64,000 bases of DNA from Anthoceros angustus (taxonomy: Eukaryota > Plantae > Anthocerotophyta), in contig MU008233.1 in NCBI GenBank assembly GCA_010909165.1, forward strand, positions 1 to 64,000. The letters are read 5' to 3'. Positions 53,181 through 64,000 of this stretch are shown here, one piece after another (position 1 is the first letter of the stretch; every line of letters starts with the position of its first letter). The notes beneath the pieces are model-generated. The model saw nothing but the letters and a program-made list of their open reading frames with translations. It was not told the origin of the DNA and ran no database searches. The translations under genes were made by a program, and so were the position numbers.

Positions 53181-56131
53181 TCACGGTCGGCCCGCCTGGC
53201 TGCAACAACCAGCTGCGAATCGATGCACACGGTACCCATCCCTTACAACAATGTCTCTTTGTTCAAGCCTTGACATTATCTCCGTGGAACTGTGGCAGTC
53301 ACTGCACATGCGTAGATTCTTCGTTACCACCAGAGGTGTCCCACTCAGTGTTCAAGAGACCAAACGCCAGAGCTAGCTTCTCAGCATGCCCACAAGCGCA
53401 TCTTCCTTTTCCTTCTCAGACACTGGCTTCAACACCAACTTTGTGTGAGGTACGTGGCCTCCTTCCTGCTTCAGACGTGCATTCGTGCTCTCTACCTTAA
53501 GCGCAATATCCTCTCTCCTTTCTCCCACCAAATCTATGTACCTGCTTATTCACCTCAATGCGCCACTGCAGGTTTCTTGTTAGCTCCTGCCCTTCTCTGT
53601 GTTTCAATCCTGTCTACATCGGTCCACCTACCTGCATCTGCGTAGGCATTGGCCATGAGCACATACGCGACGCCTTTGAGGTCCAGCCTAACAATGCTTT
53701 CAAAACACCATCCTCTCTATATCCCCGTGACTTTTGCAGGCATTCAACAAAGACGTCAAGCCCACAACATTACTTTGGCCCTCACATGATAATAGCATCT
53801 TCTCTGCCTCATCTAAATGGCCTGCACGCCCAAGAAGATCAATCATGCAGGTAATGCTCAATAAGGTTTGATGCCATGCTGTTCAGCCATGGAATCAAAG
53901 TGCTTGCGACCCTCGTGGACCAGTCCTCATGACTGCATGCTACTAGAAGGCAAGTAAAGTAGCATCATCAGGCTGAATACCGGCAACTAACATCTCCTCA
54001 AAACAAGCTAGTGCCTTGTGACCTTCATCACAAGTACCATACCCAGATATCAGGGCATTCCATGTCACCACATCCTTTGTGGCCATGCTGTCAAAAACCT
54101 GGCGTGCATCTTCCAGTTCACCACATTTTGCATACATGTCCACCAGGCAGTTGCCCACCACACATCCACTTATCCAGCAGTCCTCTTTCGACAATCTGTG
54201 AGTGCAGCTGCCTGCCCTTCTGTAAGGCACCAGTGCTTGCACAGGCCTTCAGAAGGCAAGCAAAAGTAACATGGTCAGCCAAAATGAGGCCTCCTCCTCC
54301 ATTTGTCCATACACAACAAGCGCCTCTTGGCGAGTCCTTGCTGTGCATACCCAGCAATCAGGGCATTCCATGTCACCACATCCTTTGTGGCCATGTCAAA
54401 AACCTGGCGTGCATCTTCCAGTTCACCACATTTTGCATACATGTCCACCAGGCAGTTGCCCACCATACGTCATCCAGCAGTCCTCTTTCGACAATCTGTG
54501 AGTGCAGCTGCCTGCCCTTCTGTAAGGCACCAGTGCTTGCACAGGCCTTCAGAAGGCAAGCAAAAGTAACATGGTCAGCCAAAATGAGGCCTCCTCCTCC
54601 ATTTGTCCATACACACAAGCGCCTCTTGGCGAGTCCTTGCTGTGCATACCCAGCAATCAGGGCATTCCATGTCACCACATCCTTTGTGGCCATGCTGTCA
54701 AAAACCTGGCGTGCATCTTCCAGTTCACCACATTTTGCATACATGTCCACCAGGCAGTTGCCCACCAGTACGTCATCCAGCAGTCCTCTTTGACAATCTG
54801 TGAGTGCAGCTGCCTGCCCTTCTGTAAGGCACCAGTGCTTGCACAGGCCTTCAGAAGGCAAGCAAAAGTAACATGGTCAGCCAAAATCAGGCCTCCTGCT
54901 CCATTTGTCCATACACAACAAGCGCCTCATGTAGCCTTGCATACCCAGCTATCAGGGCATTCCATGTCACCACATTCTTTTGTCATGCTGTCAAAAACCT
55001 GGCGTGCATCTTTCAGTTCACCACATTTTGCATACCCAGCAATCAGGGCATTCCATGTCACCACATCCTTTGTGCTGTCAAAAACCTGGCGTGCATCTTT
55101 CAGTTGCCACATTTTGCATACATGTCCACCAGGCAGTTGCCAACAAACAAGTTAGTAGGAATGCCACTGCACCACATCACAGTGCACTTTTCTGCCAGAT
55201 TCCAAGTCGGCAAATGCACAAGCTTGAAGGGCAGCTACAAAGACGTGAGCATCCGCTTTCACTCCTGACCTGCGCATTGCATGGTACAGTTGTACGGCCT
55301 CATTAGGTTTCCCATGCTTAGCGTATGCGGAGATTATGGAAGACCACATGAAGGCATCCGGTTTCCCCACCTGGTGAGCACATCCATAGCCTCCTCAAGC
55401 TTACCTCCACCTGCATACATGCGCAAGATATGGTTCCCCACATATGTATTAGACTCGTACCCAAGTTTGATACTGAGATCATGAACCCGTCGCCCCACAA
55501 CCACATCCTTCTTAGCTGTACACAGTTTCAGCACAGTGCAAACGAGAGACAGAGAAATAGGTCTGCTGCCAGAGATTCCAGGGCTCCAACGGCCTCAGAA
55601 AGCTTCCCTGCTGACATAACGTGCTCACGGTTCAGCAGCGTTACGACGCCCATTTCCGATCCTGCACGCCGGTTCAGCTTATCCGGAGAGCTGGACTTGG
55701 AAGGAGAGGCACCATGACCCATCTGCATATCCAAGGAGCTGCTCATCAACCCAAGCTGGCTTAAACATGCTGTTTAACCACAGCACCTCACCGGATCCCT
55801 TACGCCGGAAGTCAGGCGAACGGGAACTCTTCTTATCTCGTCTGTTGTCCCACCACCTGGTAGGGTCCAGAAAAAATTGCTGCCACAAAGATTGTTGCTC
55901 GTGCTCCTGCTCCTGGGAACGACCGGCATCGCTGGAAAACCCGACCCTGCCCACACACTTTCTCGGAAGGGGAGGTGCTGGGGTCCTTACACAGCTGCAC
56001 CTGGAGGATTTGTTTGCCAGGGGTTGACTTCCTAAGATGAGGTGAGCGGGAGCCCCTGGTAGAAGCCCTGCACACACATCAACTGCAATTTGTTGGGTCG
56101 ACAACGGGTCCGATTGCCATACTGTGGCCAT
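53181..56131 (-). CDS. PPR copy 5: presequence-like N-terminus, 1x PDF, PLS array, E, DYW:KP (GRP) (frameshifted)
   Basis: ATG at 56131 (MATVWQSDP). PDF motif at 55738-55888. Near-identical ~300-bp P-L-S units at 54.0-54.9 kb. Stop at 53181-53183 after GRP. Confidence 0.87.
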
Positions 56132-56639
56132 CGTTCAGGGAGCGCAGTCGGAAGATGTCTAACAACCGACTATCGGGGATGCCCAGGTACAGTGCATGAC
56201 CACACCATACGAGCTGTCACCGATGCCGCAGCGTAAGCAACATAATTGAAGTTTCCTTGGCTGCTGTGCGGATTTTTGCCGTCCCGAAGTTTTTGCCCCT
56301 GGCCAGAACAGGTTCACTGATTTGCACGCTGGTGAAGATTTGTCCGGGGGCAGGCGGGAGGATGGGCGTGGAGACGGGCACACAAGGAGGTGGTAGTAGA
56401 CCTGTCCGAATTGGGAAACGAATGATCTAGCAAACAAAAAACGTTGACGACCGCGCACCGTGAACGGTCATAGCGGCCTATGCCCATCGGCTCTGCCATG
56501 TTCTCCGATGCCCATGTGGCATGTTCTGATTCTTTCAGTGACGACGAGAGGTGCCAGGATCAGGATTAGTCAGGATTGTCCAGTTTGGACAGGTATAGAC
56601 TTAAGCAAGCACATTCTCCCTCTCCTCTCCTCATTACTC

Positions 56640-57870
56640 TCACGGTCAACCGGTACAACTGCAACAACCATTTGCGAATCGATGCACCCGGTACCCATCC
56701 CTGACAACAATCTCTCTGTGTCCAATCCTTGTCATGACCTACGTAGAACTGTGGCAGTCACTGCACATCCGTAGATTCTTCGTTATCACCAGAGGTGTGC
56801 CACTCGGAGTGTTCAAGAGACCAAACGCCAGAGCTATTTTCTCAGCATGCCCACAAAGCACATCTTCTTTTTCCTACTCACACAGTGGCTTCAACACCAA
56901 CTTTGTGTGAGGTACATGGCTTCCTTCCTGCTTCAGACGTGCATTCGTGGTCTCGACCTTGAGAGCAATGTCCTCTCACCTTTCTCCCACCACACATCTA
57001 TGTACATCCTTGTTCACCTTAATGGTCGCCACTGCGGGTACCTCAATGGTCGCCACTGCGGGTACCTCAATGGTCGCCACTGCGGGTTTTTTTAACCTCC
57101 TGCTGCCATTCTCAGTTTTTCAATGCTGTCTACATCGGCCCACCTACCTGCATTTGCGTAGGCATTGGCCATGAACACATACCCAGATGCCTGCTGAGGG
57201 TCCAGTTTAACAATGCTTTTAAAACACCACATCGCCCTCTCTATATCCCCGTGACTCTTGCACGCATTCAAGAAAGAGGTCAATCCCACAACATCAAGTT
57301 CCGGCCCTCCCATGATAACAACATGTTCTCTGCCTCATCTAAATGGGCCTGCATGAGAGATCAATCAATGATGCAGTGTGTTATGATTATCGTCAATGGG
57401 GTAGGTTTGATGCCATGCTGTCAATAGCTCAAACATGGAATCAAAGGTGCTTAACTGCGACCCTCGTGGACTGGTCCATGAGCGGTGACTGCACGCTACT
57501 CAGAGGCAACAAGTAAGAGTAGAACCCATCAGGCGGCGATGAATACACCGGCAACTAACATCTCCATCAAAACAAGCTAGTGCCTTCTGTGACCTGTCAC
57601 CACATTCCATACCCAGATATCAGGGCATTCTAAGTCACCACATTCTTTGTGTTCATCGTCGTTAAACACTCAAGGCGTGCATCTACAGTTCACACGCAGT
57701 AATTTGTATACATATCCGCCTGTGCAGTGCCCACCACTACGTTATCCAAGCAGCGGTTACCATAACGATGATCGACAAGTCATCAAGGCAGTAATGGCCC
57801 TTTCCTCATGAGCAGGCACCAACGCGAGCTGCATTGTGCTGTAAGGCAAGCAGCACATGGTTCGCCAAAG
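56640..57870 (-). pseudogene. PPR copy 6: diverged, 5'-truncated E-DYW:KP pseudogene
   Basis: [25 protein letters not shown]..., GHAEKIALAFG and CSDCH. In-frame stops TAG (DCHSST*) and TGA (G*P). Degenerate PPR remnants extend to ~57870. Confidence 0.85.
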
Positions 57871-58029
57871 GTGTAAGAACTAGCTCGCATAGGATAACAC
57901 GCTCCTGGGCAACTATTGTGATCAAACTTACGCTTCAGCGCATACGCGGGCCCAGGAGGCAATGGATGGCACACGCACAGCACCACCGGCTTAGATAGGC
58001 TCCAAGTACACATCGGCCAATATGGCATG

Positions 58030-60958
58030 AATTTTTGAGTTGCTACATATATAGCTCTTAGCTAGGCAACTATCAGGAGGTGTATCTAGACTCGGGATAG
58101 CCCTAGCACAAATGGTCCTAGTATATCCTAATATACTAGAGTGCAGTGAGGATGTGAATCTCGGTCAACGCTCCCCTTCTGACTAAAGCTACTTACCGCC
58201 AAGATCCGAACAGTAATAACTTGAAACTGCTTGTTACAATACCGAGTTTTGGTAGAAGATATCCGCTCACCTTCATCTCCTGGTCAAGGGAGGGAGATCC
58301 GACCGCGCCCTTTGAGACTGTCATCTGTTTTAACTACTGTGGAGAAGGTCTCCTCGTAGTCCAAAATTTCTTTCACCGAGGTGAAACCATGAAATACTTG
58401 GTCCGCACTTATTCCTTTCCAGATCCGCCAAGTGAGGCCATTGTACTTCTTCTTGAGAAGTCCACTTGCAACACGGCTTTTCCCAGGGTAAACCAACCAA
58501 CGCCCAAACGTTGTTTTCGAGCACATCGAATTATATTCCCGATTATGAATAGCGTTCATTCCAACTCACCTTCGTGTCCGCTTTCGCGGCTTCCTCAATT
58601 GTGAGCGGGATATCATCTTCGAGGAAGAAAACACCATTCGTCCGGTCATTTCGCCATGTTGAGTCGGCATTCTCGAGACCTTCCGCTGGCGCCGGACCCT
58701 TGTCGGACCGCCCCTAATAGCCGGCCGCTAATTAACGTTAAGTTCGTCCCTGCATCCTCGATCAATGCCGGAACTAACTCCTCAACTTACTGTTTTGCTT
58801 GCCGCTCTAAGAAGTTCTTCCGGCTTCCTCCTCCGGAATTCCTGCCGTTGAGATAATAGGTGGCACGACCTCACCCGTCACGAGATGTCTCCTCTACCAA
58901 CACCTCCTGCGTGTGGTGATCCACTGTCATGTTGACCCAGTGGATCTGGGATGCGAAGGTGTCTCGGATAAACCTGTAGTTGAGGAATCCGTAACAAGGC
59001 AGTACTGCGATGATTTCCAATGTTGTTCTCGTGAGCCAATATCACATCTGAACTTTCATCTGTCTGCCCCGCTTTGCCGACGGATCCCACAATCAGCCTT
59101 CGCCATTTCGCATAGCCAATGAAGTCGCACTGTGATGCTTGGTCCGTTGGCCAGTCAACTTCTTCCTTCCTTCCTAGCTTGCTTAGAACGTGCATGCATA
59201 TGCTATATACAAACAAACACTCTCAAGTATGAGACACTTGGTTTCTCACCAAACCAAGCTTCATGGGGTGTCATAGAGCCACCTAGCGCCATGGTAATTG
59301 ACATATTCATGCGTGTACGCGCGCATACGCAAAAATATTTTGGCATCACTTTCCTAGCATACTCCTAGCGCCATTGCGAGATGCGATTCTTCCGCGATCC
59401 TCGCTGCGGCATGTACCTTGTCGTCAACGCCTCTCAATTCGGCGGTGCATTCATCCTTGAAGAGTTTACTCAAATACTCTCCTCCCCATCGGTTCGAAGT
59501 TTCTTCAACTTCTTTCCTGCTTTGTTTCTCCGATGCATACGAACATCGAAATGCTTGAGGCGTCACTCTTCTTCCAGGAAGTACACCTTTTCTCTGCTTT
59601 GTAGTCGTCGATAAGCGAAATATAGTATCTACTTTGTATCATCCTTGCTTCCACTTGCATTGGTCCAAAAGATCGAGTGGACAAGTTCCAAGACTTCTTT
59701 TGCTCTCTTCGTGAAACATAAGACCTTGGGATGCTTGCCTTTCATACAAGCGTCACAGACCAAGTTCTTACGGAGCTCCATGCATCACGAGCTTCTTAGC
59801 TCCATCTCCGGAGAAACTTCAAGTTGGTATGCCCAAACCGTCTATGCCACGATGAGGCATTTCCACCTTTCTCAAACCAGAACCTCTTGGTCGTCGAACC
59901 TCCATCTGGTACAAGTTCCACACGGTGGCCTTTTGCCACCACATCGCTGCATCGACCATTCTTGAACAAAACTTCCTTCTTCGTAAAAGGACCACCTGCA
60001 GGTCAATGGTGCCACGGACATGAGATTTCTACGTGAGTGCGGTACAAAGCAGCGCTCCTTCCATTGCCTTGACCTCGTCGAGCGAACTCCCCACACCCTC
60101 GGCGCCTATCTCTGCTCGTTCCCTAGGGGCGCTGTCTTCTCCCTCCTGTAGTCTTGAAGGAGCTCCTTATCCTTCACCATAAAGGATGTACATGCGAGAA
60201 TCTATCGTCGGTGTCGTTTAACGTCTTGTGCAGCGTGCGACCGCTATACGGCGTTGCCTCGCAACCTCACCTTTACTCTCACCCTCCGTGAGATGTGCGG
60301 TCTTCGATCCTTGCAATCCTTCTCATAATGACCATACTTGAAGCATTTACCTTGTCCCTCTTCACTATTCTCTTGTCCTTTGTCCCTGCGAGGACTCCCA
60401 CCTTGTCCTTGTTCGGTTGTTCCGTCCCTTCCCTTGATGAACATCGCCATGCTCCGGACTGTTGAAGATCCCCATTGCGTCCAATGGCGAGTCTCCGCCA
60501 ACATCTTAGAGGTGACCTCCTCCCATGTGAGAGTGTCTTGGGCTATTAGGAAATCTATGAACCGACCAAGCTTGGGCATAGAACGCGATATAGAAACATC
60601 TCTCATGTAACATGGCAATCGTAAGGAGGTTAATATCGAACTCCCCTTCGTGTTGCAACCCTTTAAAACCCACTCGGTACCTAAATCACGCCAAAGCAAT
60701 CACGGTCTCCTTACAATGGACCATTCTTGGCCCCTGACTAAGTCATGAACAACACAATTGAGGCATACACTAGACAACGGTCGGGCGGCTGGCGGCTGGA
60801 TACCATGTGAAGAGGGACGTTTTAAATGTGCACTTGCAAAATGGCACCGATAGACACATGGCATAATGAAGTTTATGTGGAATCCTAATACATTGGATCC
60901 GGTTACTCATGCGGGCTATTCGGTCTCAAGGCCTGAGCGAGCGGAATCTAAAACTACA
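58030..60958 (-). mobile_element. Ty1/Copia element with RT core and most of RNase H deleted
   Basis: PBS-like GCTGGATACCA (60795-60805) followed by a TG...CA LTR candidate (60806-60958). gag with CFK.GHYEKDC. RRNLMSVAPLT. Integrase GGEYLSKLF. RT N-terminus NNVWALV...DYEETFSTVVK joined to an ADIFT(K)-like RNase H end. PPT-like CTCCCCTT at ~58172. Confidence 0.75.
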
Positions 60959-60959
60959 G

Positions 60960-63700
60960 CTAGGTTTTCATCGCTCCAATTCTTCTTAAATCAAAATCAT
61001 TCTCACCCAAAGCGTTGTCATCGTTGTTAACCTCCGCTTGGACATGTGATGGCGTGGGAGGTTGCCATATGGTATCCAGGCGTTTGTCCTTCCTCCAACA
61101 ATTCGCGTTGGTCTTCATCCTCACGGCACTCAAAGAAACAACTTGGGCCTTTGAACAATCCTTTTCACTTATACAAACCTCCTTTGCCCAGAACTGCGAA
61201 GGGCCGTTGCGGTGGGGCTCGAAGGTGAGCTCTTCTTCAGCGTCCGGGAGAACCTCGTATCCGTGGATGCTGGGGATGTATCCGGCCGTAAGTAAAATGC
61301 CTTGATGGCGATCGGTTTCTTCCACATAGCAAATGCTAATATTGTGCCACTTCGAGCATCGTCCACCACCAGTCCCCTTCTTTTGAGAAGGTCTTGATTA
61401 ATTTCATCATCAGCCCAAGAGGCCTTTGGTATGGGCATACCACCAACTTGTCGTGTGACAAGTACACCTGCTTCTTTACCACGGTGTCATGTCCTATTAC
61501 AGACCTCCCATTGTTGAAAGTGCCATGCATGGCATTCGGCATCATCGGAGCTCTATCCTTTGAACACCCATCCTTCAAGCCCCATCCAAGCGGTCACATA
61601 CTCCTTTTTCAAATCCGCTATCATTGCTCATGTTGGTTTTATCCCACACGAAAGACACCAGCCACCCTTCTTACACCACTGCATCGATTCCCGTCTTGTG
61701 TGGGCTTCCTCCACTCCATGCATGACAATCATGCGGAAGTCTTGTAGTTTTCTCATGGCGGAAAAGCGTACTCAACATAGTGGCATCCATCCGTTTGTCC
61801 ATAGGCCCAATATCAAAGCCTCAGGCACATCCATGACTACCTCACAGAAGGTAGCCCCGCATCTCCAAAATATCTCGCTTCTCCACTTGGTAATGAACCT
61901 CCTTCTCGATCACGAGGAGCGTAAAATGTGCAGCCCTTCATGAAGATCTCATATACGCGCATTTCGTCTTCAAACTCTTCCAATTATTGATCTCAAAATG
62001 AAATTCTTAAAGTCCTCGGCATTTTACGCAAGTTGTCTATATCCTTCAATTCTTTTGCAGGCAAAAGAGTATAAGTGCATACAGTGTGCGAAACATTGCA
62101 CTCGTAGATCTCAAAGGCATGGTGAGGCCGGCCGGCGCCTCCTCTCTGAGTTCTATGGAGTGGATCTGGCCGTGGCCGCCTTGACAAGTCGGTCCCACAT
62201 CACATGTGGAAGTGGCCTCGGCCAGGCGCTGCAAGAAGGTTAGGGTTTAAACGACGACATATGAGAGAATCAGCGATGGGTAGTATGGCACACCTTCCCG
62301 GTGAATGCCGTCTGGAACCGAGCTATCATTTCGTCGGTCGAATGCAAAGGATATTCCGCCTAACCTCTTGAATGATGAGCCCAAGTGTTTACCATAGCCA
62401 CTTGTATAACATGAAACTTCTTCCAAGGTAATCTCATCATCCATACCTTTTAGGTCGATAATACATCAACACCTTCTCTCATGAGTATCCTGGCCGCACT
62501 CTCAGTGGAATCCCTTGGAGCGATTTCCACGGCTTTGCTAGCATATCCTTGACTTCACGTAAGCGTGTCAACAACAAGCCTCCTCTTGTACCTTCCGTTT
62601 GCCCTTCTTACTTGTTCGAGAACATGTTTCTCTCGGCAATTCTCCGACCTCCCATTTTGAAAATATTCGATCCACGTTGTCCCAAACCTTCCCCTCTGTT
62701 TGGCAATGCATAAGATGTGGGTCCGATTGTCCACCTTATTACGCTTGTAACATCGTCTTCCACCTCTCGTCCTCAATCAAGCCCAATACGGTATAGGTTG
62801 AATTTCCAATTCATGGTCATCTGGACATCATCTACTTTGGCAATAAGCAATTCGTCCCTCAAGTACGACGCTCAATGAAGGACATCTTCTTCCTATCGAC
62901 ATCGTATTGTGATGCATTGCATACTCGCATTTCGCCATCGACCCACAATACACATGAGCTTCCACATATTGGAAGCGTGTTTTCCCAGATATATCGCCAA
63001 ATGTTTCATGGCTGCAAAGGTATGGTTCCCACCAAGAACCCCATAACATATTTCTTACGAACCTTTTCCGTCCAACTTGCGAGGTTGTCACACTCGTCGG
63101 GTCGATCATGCAAAGAGGAACAACACGCCCTCCTCAATCCTTCCCTTGATATTACACGAGCCAAATAATTTGCCCATGCCTCGTCCACTCTCCTTATCTG
63201 CGCATCGGTGTAATATGGGATCTTTGGTTTCAAATTCTCCAACTTCACTAATCATTTCTGAACCACCTTCTTGGAGTAAGTGAGTCCCGAATTCGTGTCA
63301 AAGTGCATCTCGGATAGCATCCTCCTTTCCTCGTTCATAAGAACATGAGCAGTGGCAATGTTTTCCGGATGGTCCCCTTTCCTCCATCTCTCTTGACTTC
63401 TTCTTCCCACTACACTGCCGCCCTTTCGTCGTCCGCTTCGGCGAGAGACATCGTAGGTGCTCTTGTCTTTCCACCTCGCTCCACACATCATCGGCTCCTC
63501 TTCCGCCTGGTGCGGCCGGCCGGCGCTCCTCCTCCTTCCAGTGCAGTGGGCACCCAGGCCGGCGGCGGCGCCTAGTCCATCTCCCAGGCGGACAAACCGG
63601 TTTGGGTTTGGGGTCATCAGTCTTCCCCATCCGCTGAGTCGGGCGCGGCCACGGCGCCCGATTGTCATCCGCATCGATGCGGCCGGAACAAACCGCAGTT
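60960..63700 (-). pseudogene. Frameshifted gene: ParB/Srx-like domain plus beta-class N4C/N6A DNA methyltransferase
   Basis: Across frames, in order: VLGGNHTFAAMK (63019-63039), AHVYCG...YAMHHN, VVMDVP-x-GFDIG (~61815-61840), FVWDKTN (~61632-61652), CPYQRPLGLMMKLIKTFSKEGDW and VVDDARSGT...IAI (61295-61437). Stop at 60960-60962. The upstream boundary is approximate. Confidence 0.7.
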
Positions 63701-64000
63701 GAGGATGTCCTCCATCCCTATCCTCATCTTGGTCGCTGACCCTTCTCCATCTGAATGACCCAGCACATCTGGGATCGGGCCATCATCCTCGTCGGATGGT
63801 CCCAGTTCACTATCGCATCACTTAGCTACGCATCATCCTCATTCTGTTGTTGCTCTCTCGCTCTCCTCATAGACAATACGCGCTGTGTGCCTGTGATCCG
63901 ACACCTTTTCCACAGCGATCGATAAGAGCTCTTCCTACAGGGTGGCTGAAGCGACAAACATGATCGTCGGAGGAGAAAGCACATCATCGGACACAAACTC

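Noticed and set aside
53181-53215. Variant C-terminus CCSQAGRP in copy 5 (loss of the last Cys)
   Set aside because: It falls in a short garbled G/C-rich stretch and is more likely a sequencing error than a real variant.
20996-56131. Frameshifts in the PPR genes as programmed recoding or proof of pseudogenisation
   Set aside because: Small indels are spread equally through TEs and spacers, often in homopolymers, which fits consensus error. Gene status cannot be decided without polishing.

Overview
Repeat-rich nuclear DNA of a seed-free land plant. The GRP-type DYW:KP editing genes point to a hornwort, fern or lycophyte, which is an inference. The sequence is full of scattered 1-6 nt indels, so many frameshifts may be long-read consensus errors rather than biology. 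All calls come from reading the sequence and recalled family motifs; no database search was run. Layout: an 80-92 bp satellite split by a CACTA transposon (1730-6916, TTG target duplication); an unassigned GC-rich block (7-10.4 kb); a Gypsy gag fragment; a rearranged and partly duplicated Copia (13-19.8 kb); six PLS-class PPR-E-DYW:KP genes ending in GRP, the candidate U-to-C organellar RNA editing type (21-40 kb and 53-58 kb); a MULE with TIRs (40.7-45.5 kb); a chromovirus with AGT...ACT LTR ends and a ~145 bp flanking duplication (47.4-53.0 kb); an internally deleted Copia (58-61 kb); and a frameshifted minus-strand gene at 61-63.7 kb. Two candidates stand out. (1) The PPR editing genes carry an N-terminal PDF motif, the ssDNA-binding module of organellar OSB proteins, giving a PDF-PPR-DYW:KP architecture. 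(2) The 61-63.7 kb gene has the motifs of a prokaryote-like beta-class N4-cytosine/N6-adenine DNA methyltransferase, preceded by a ParB/Srx-like GGNH...HN domain.
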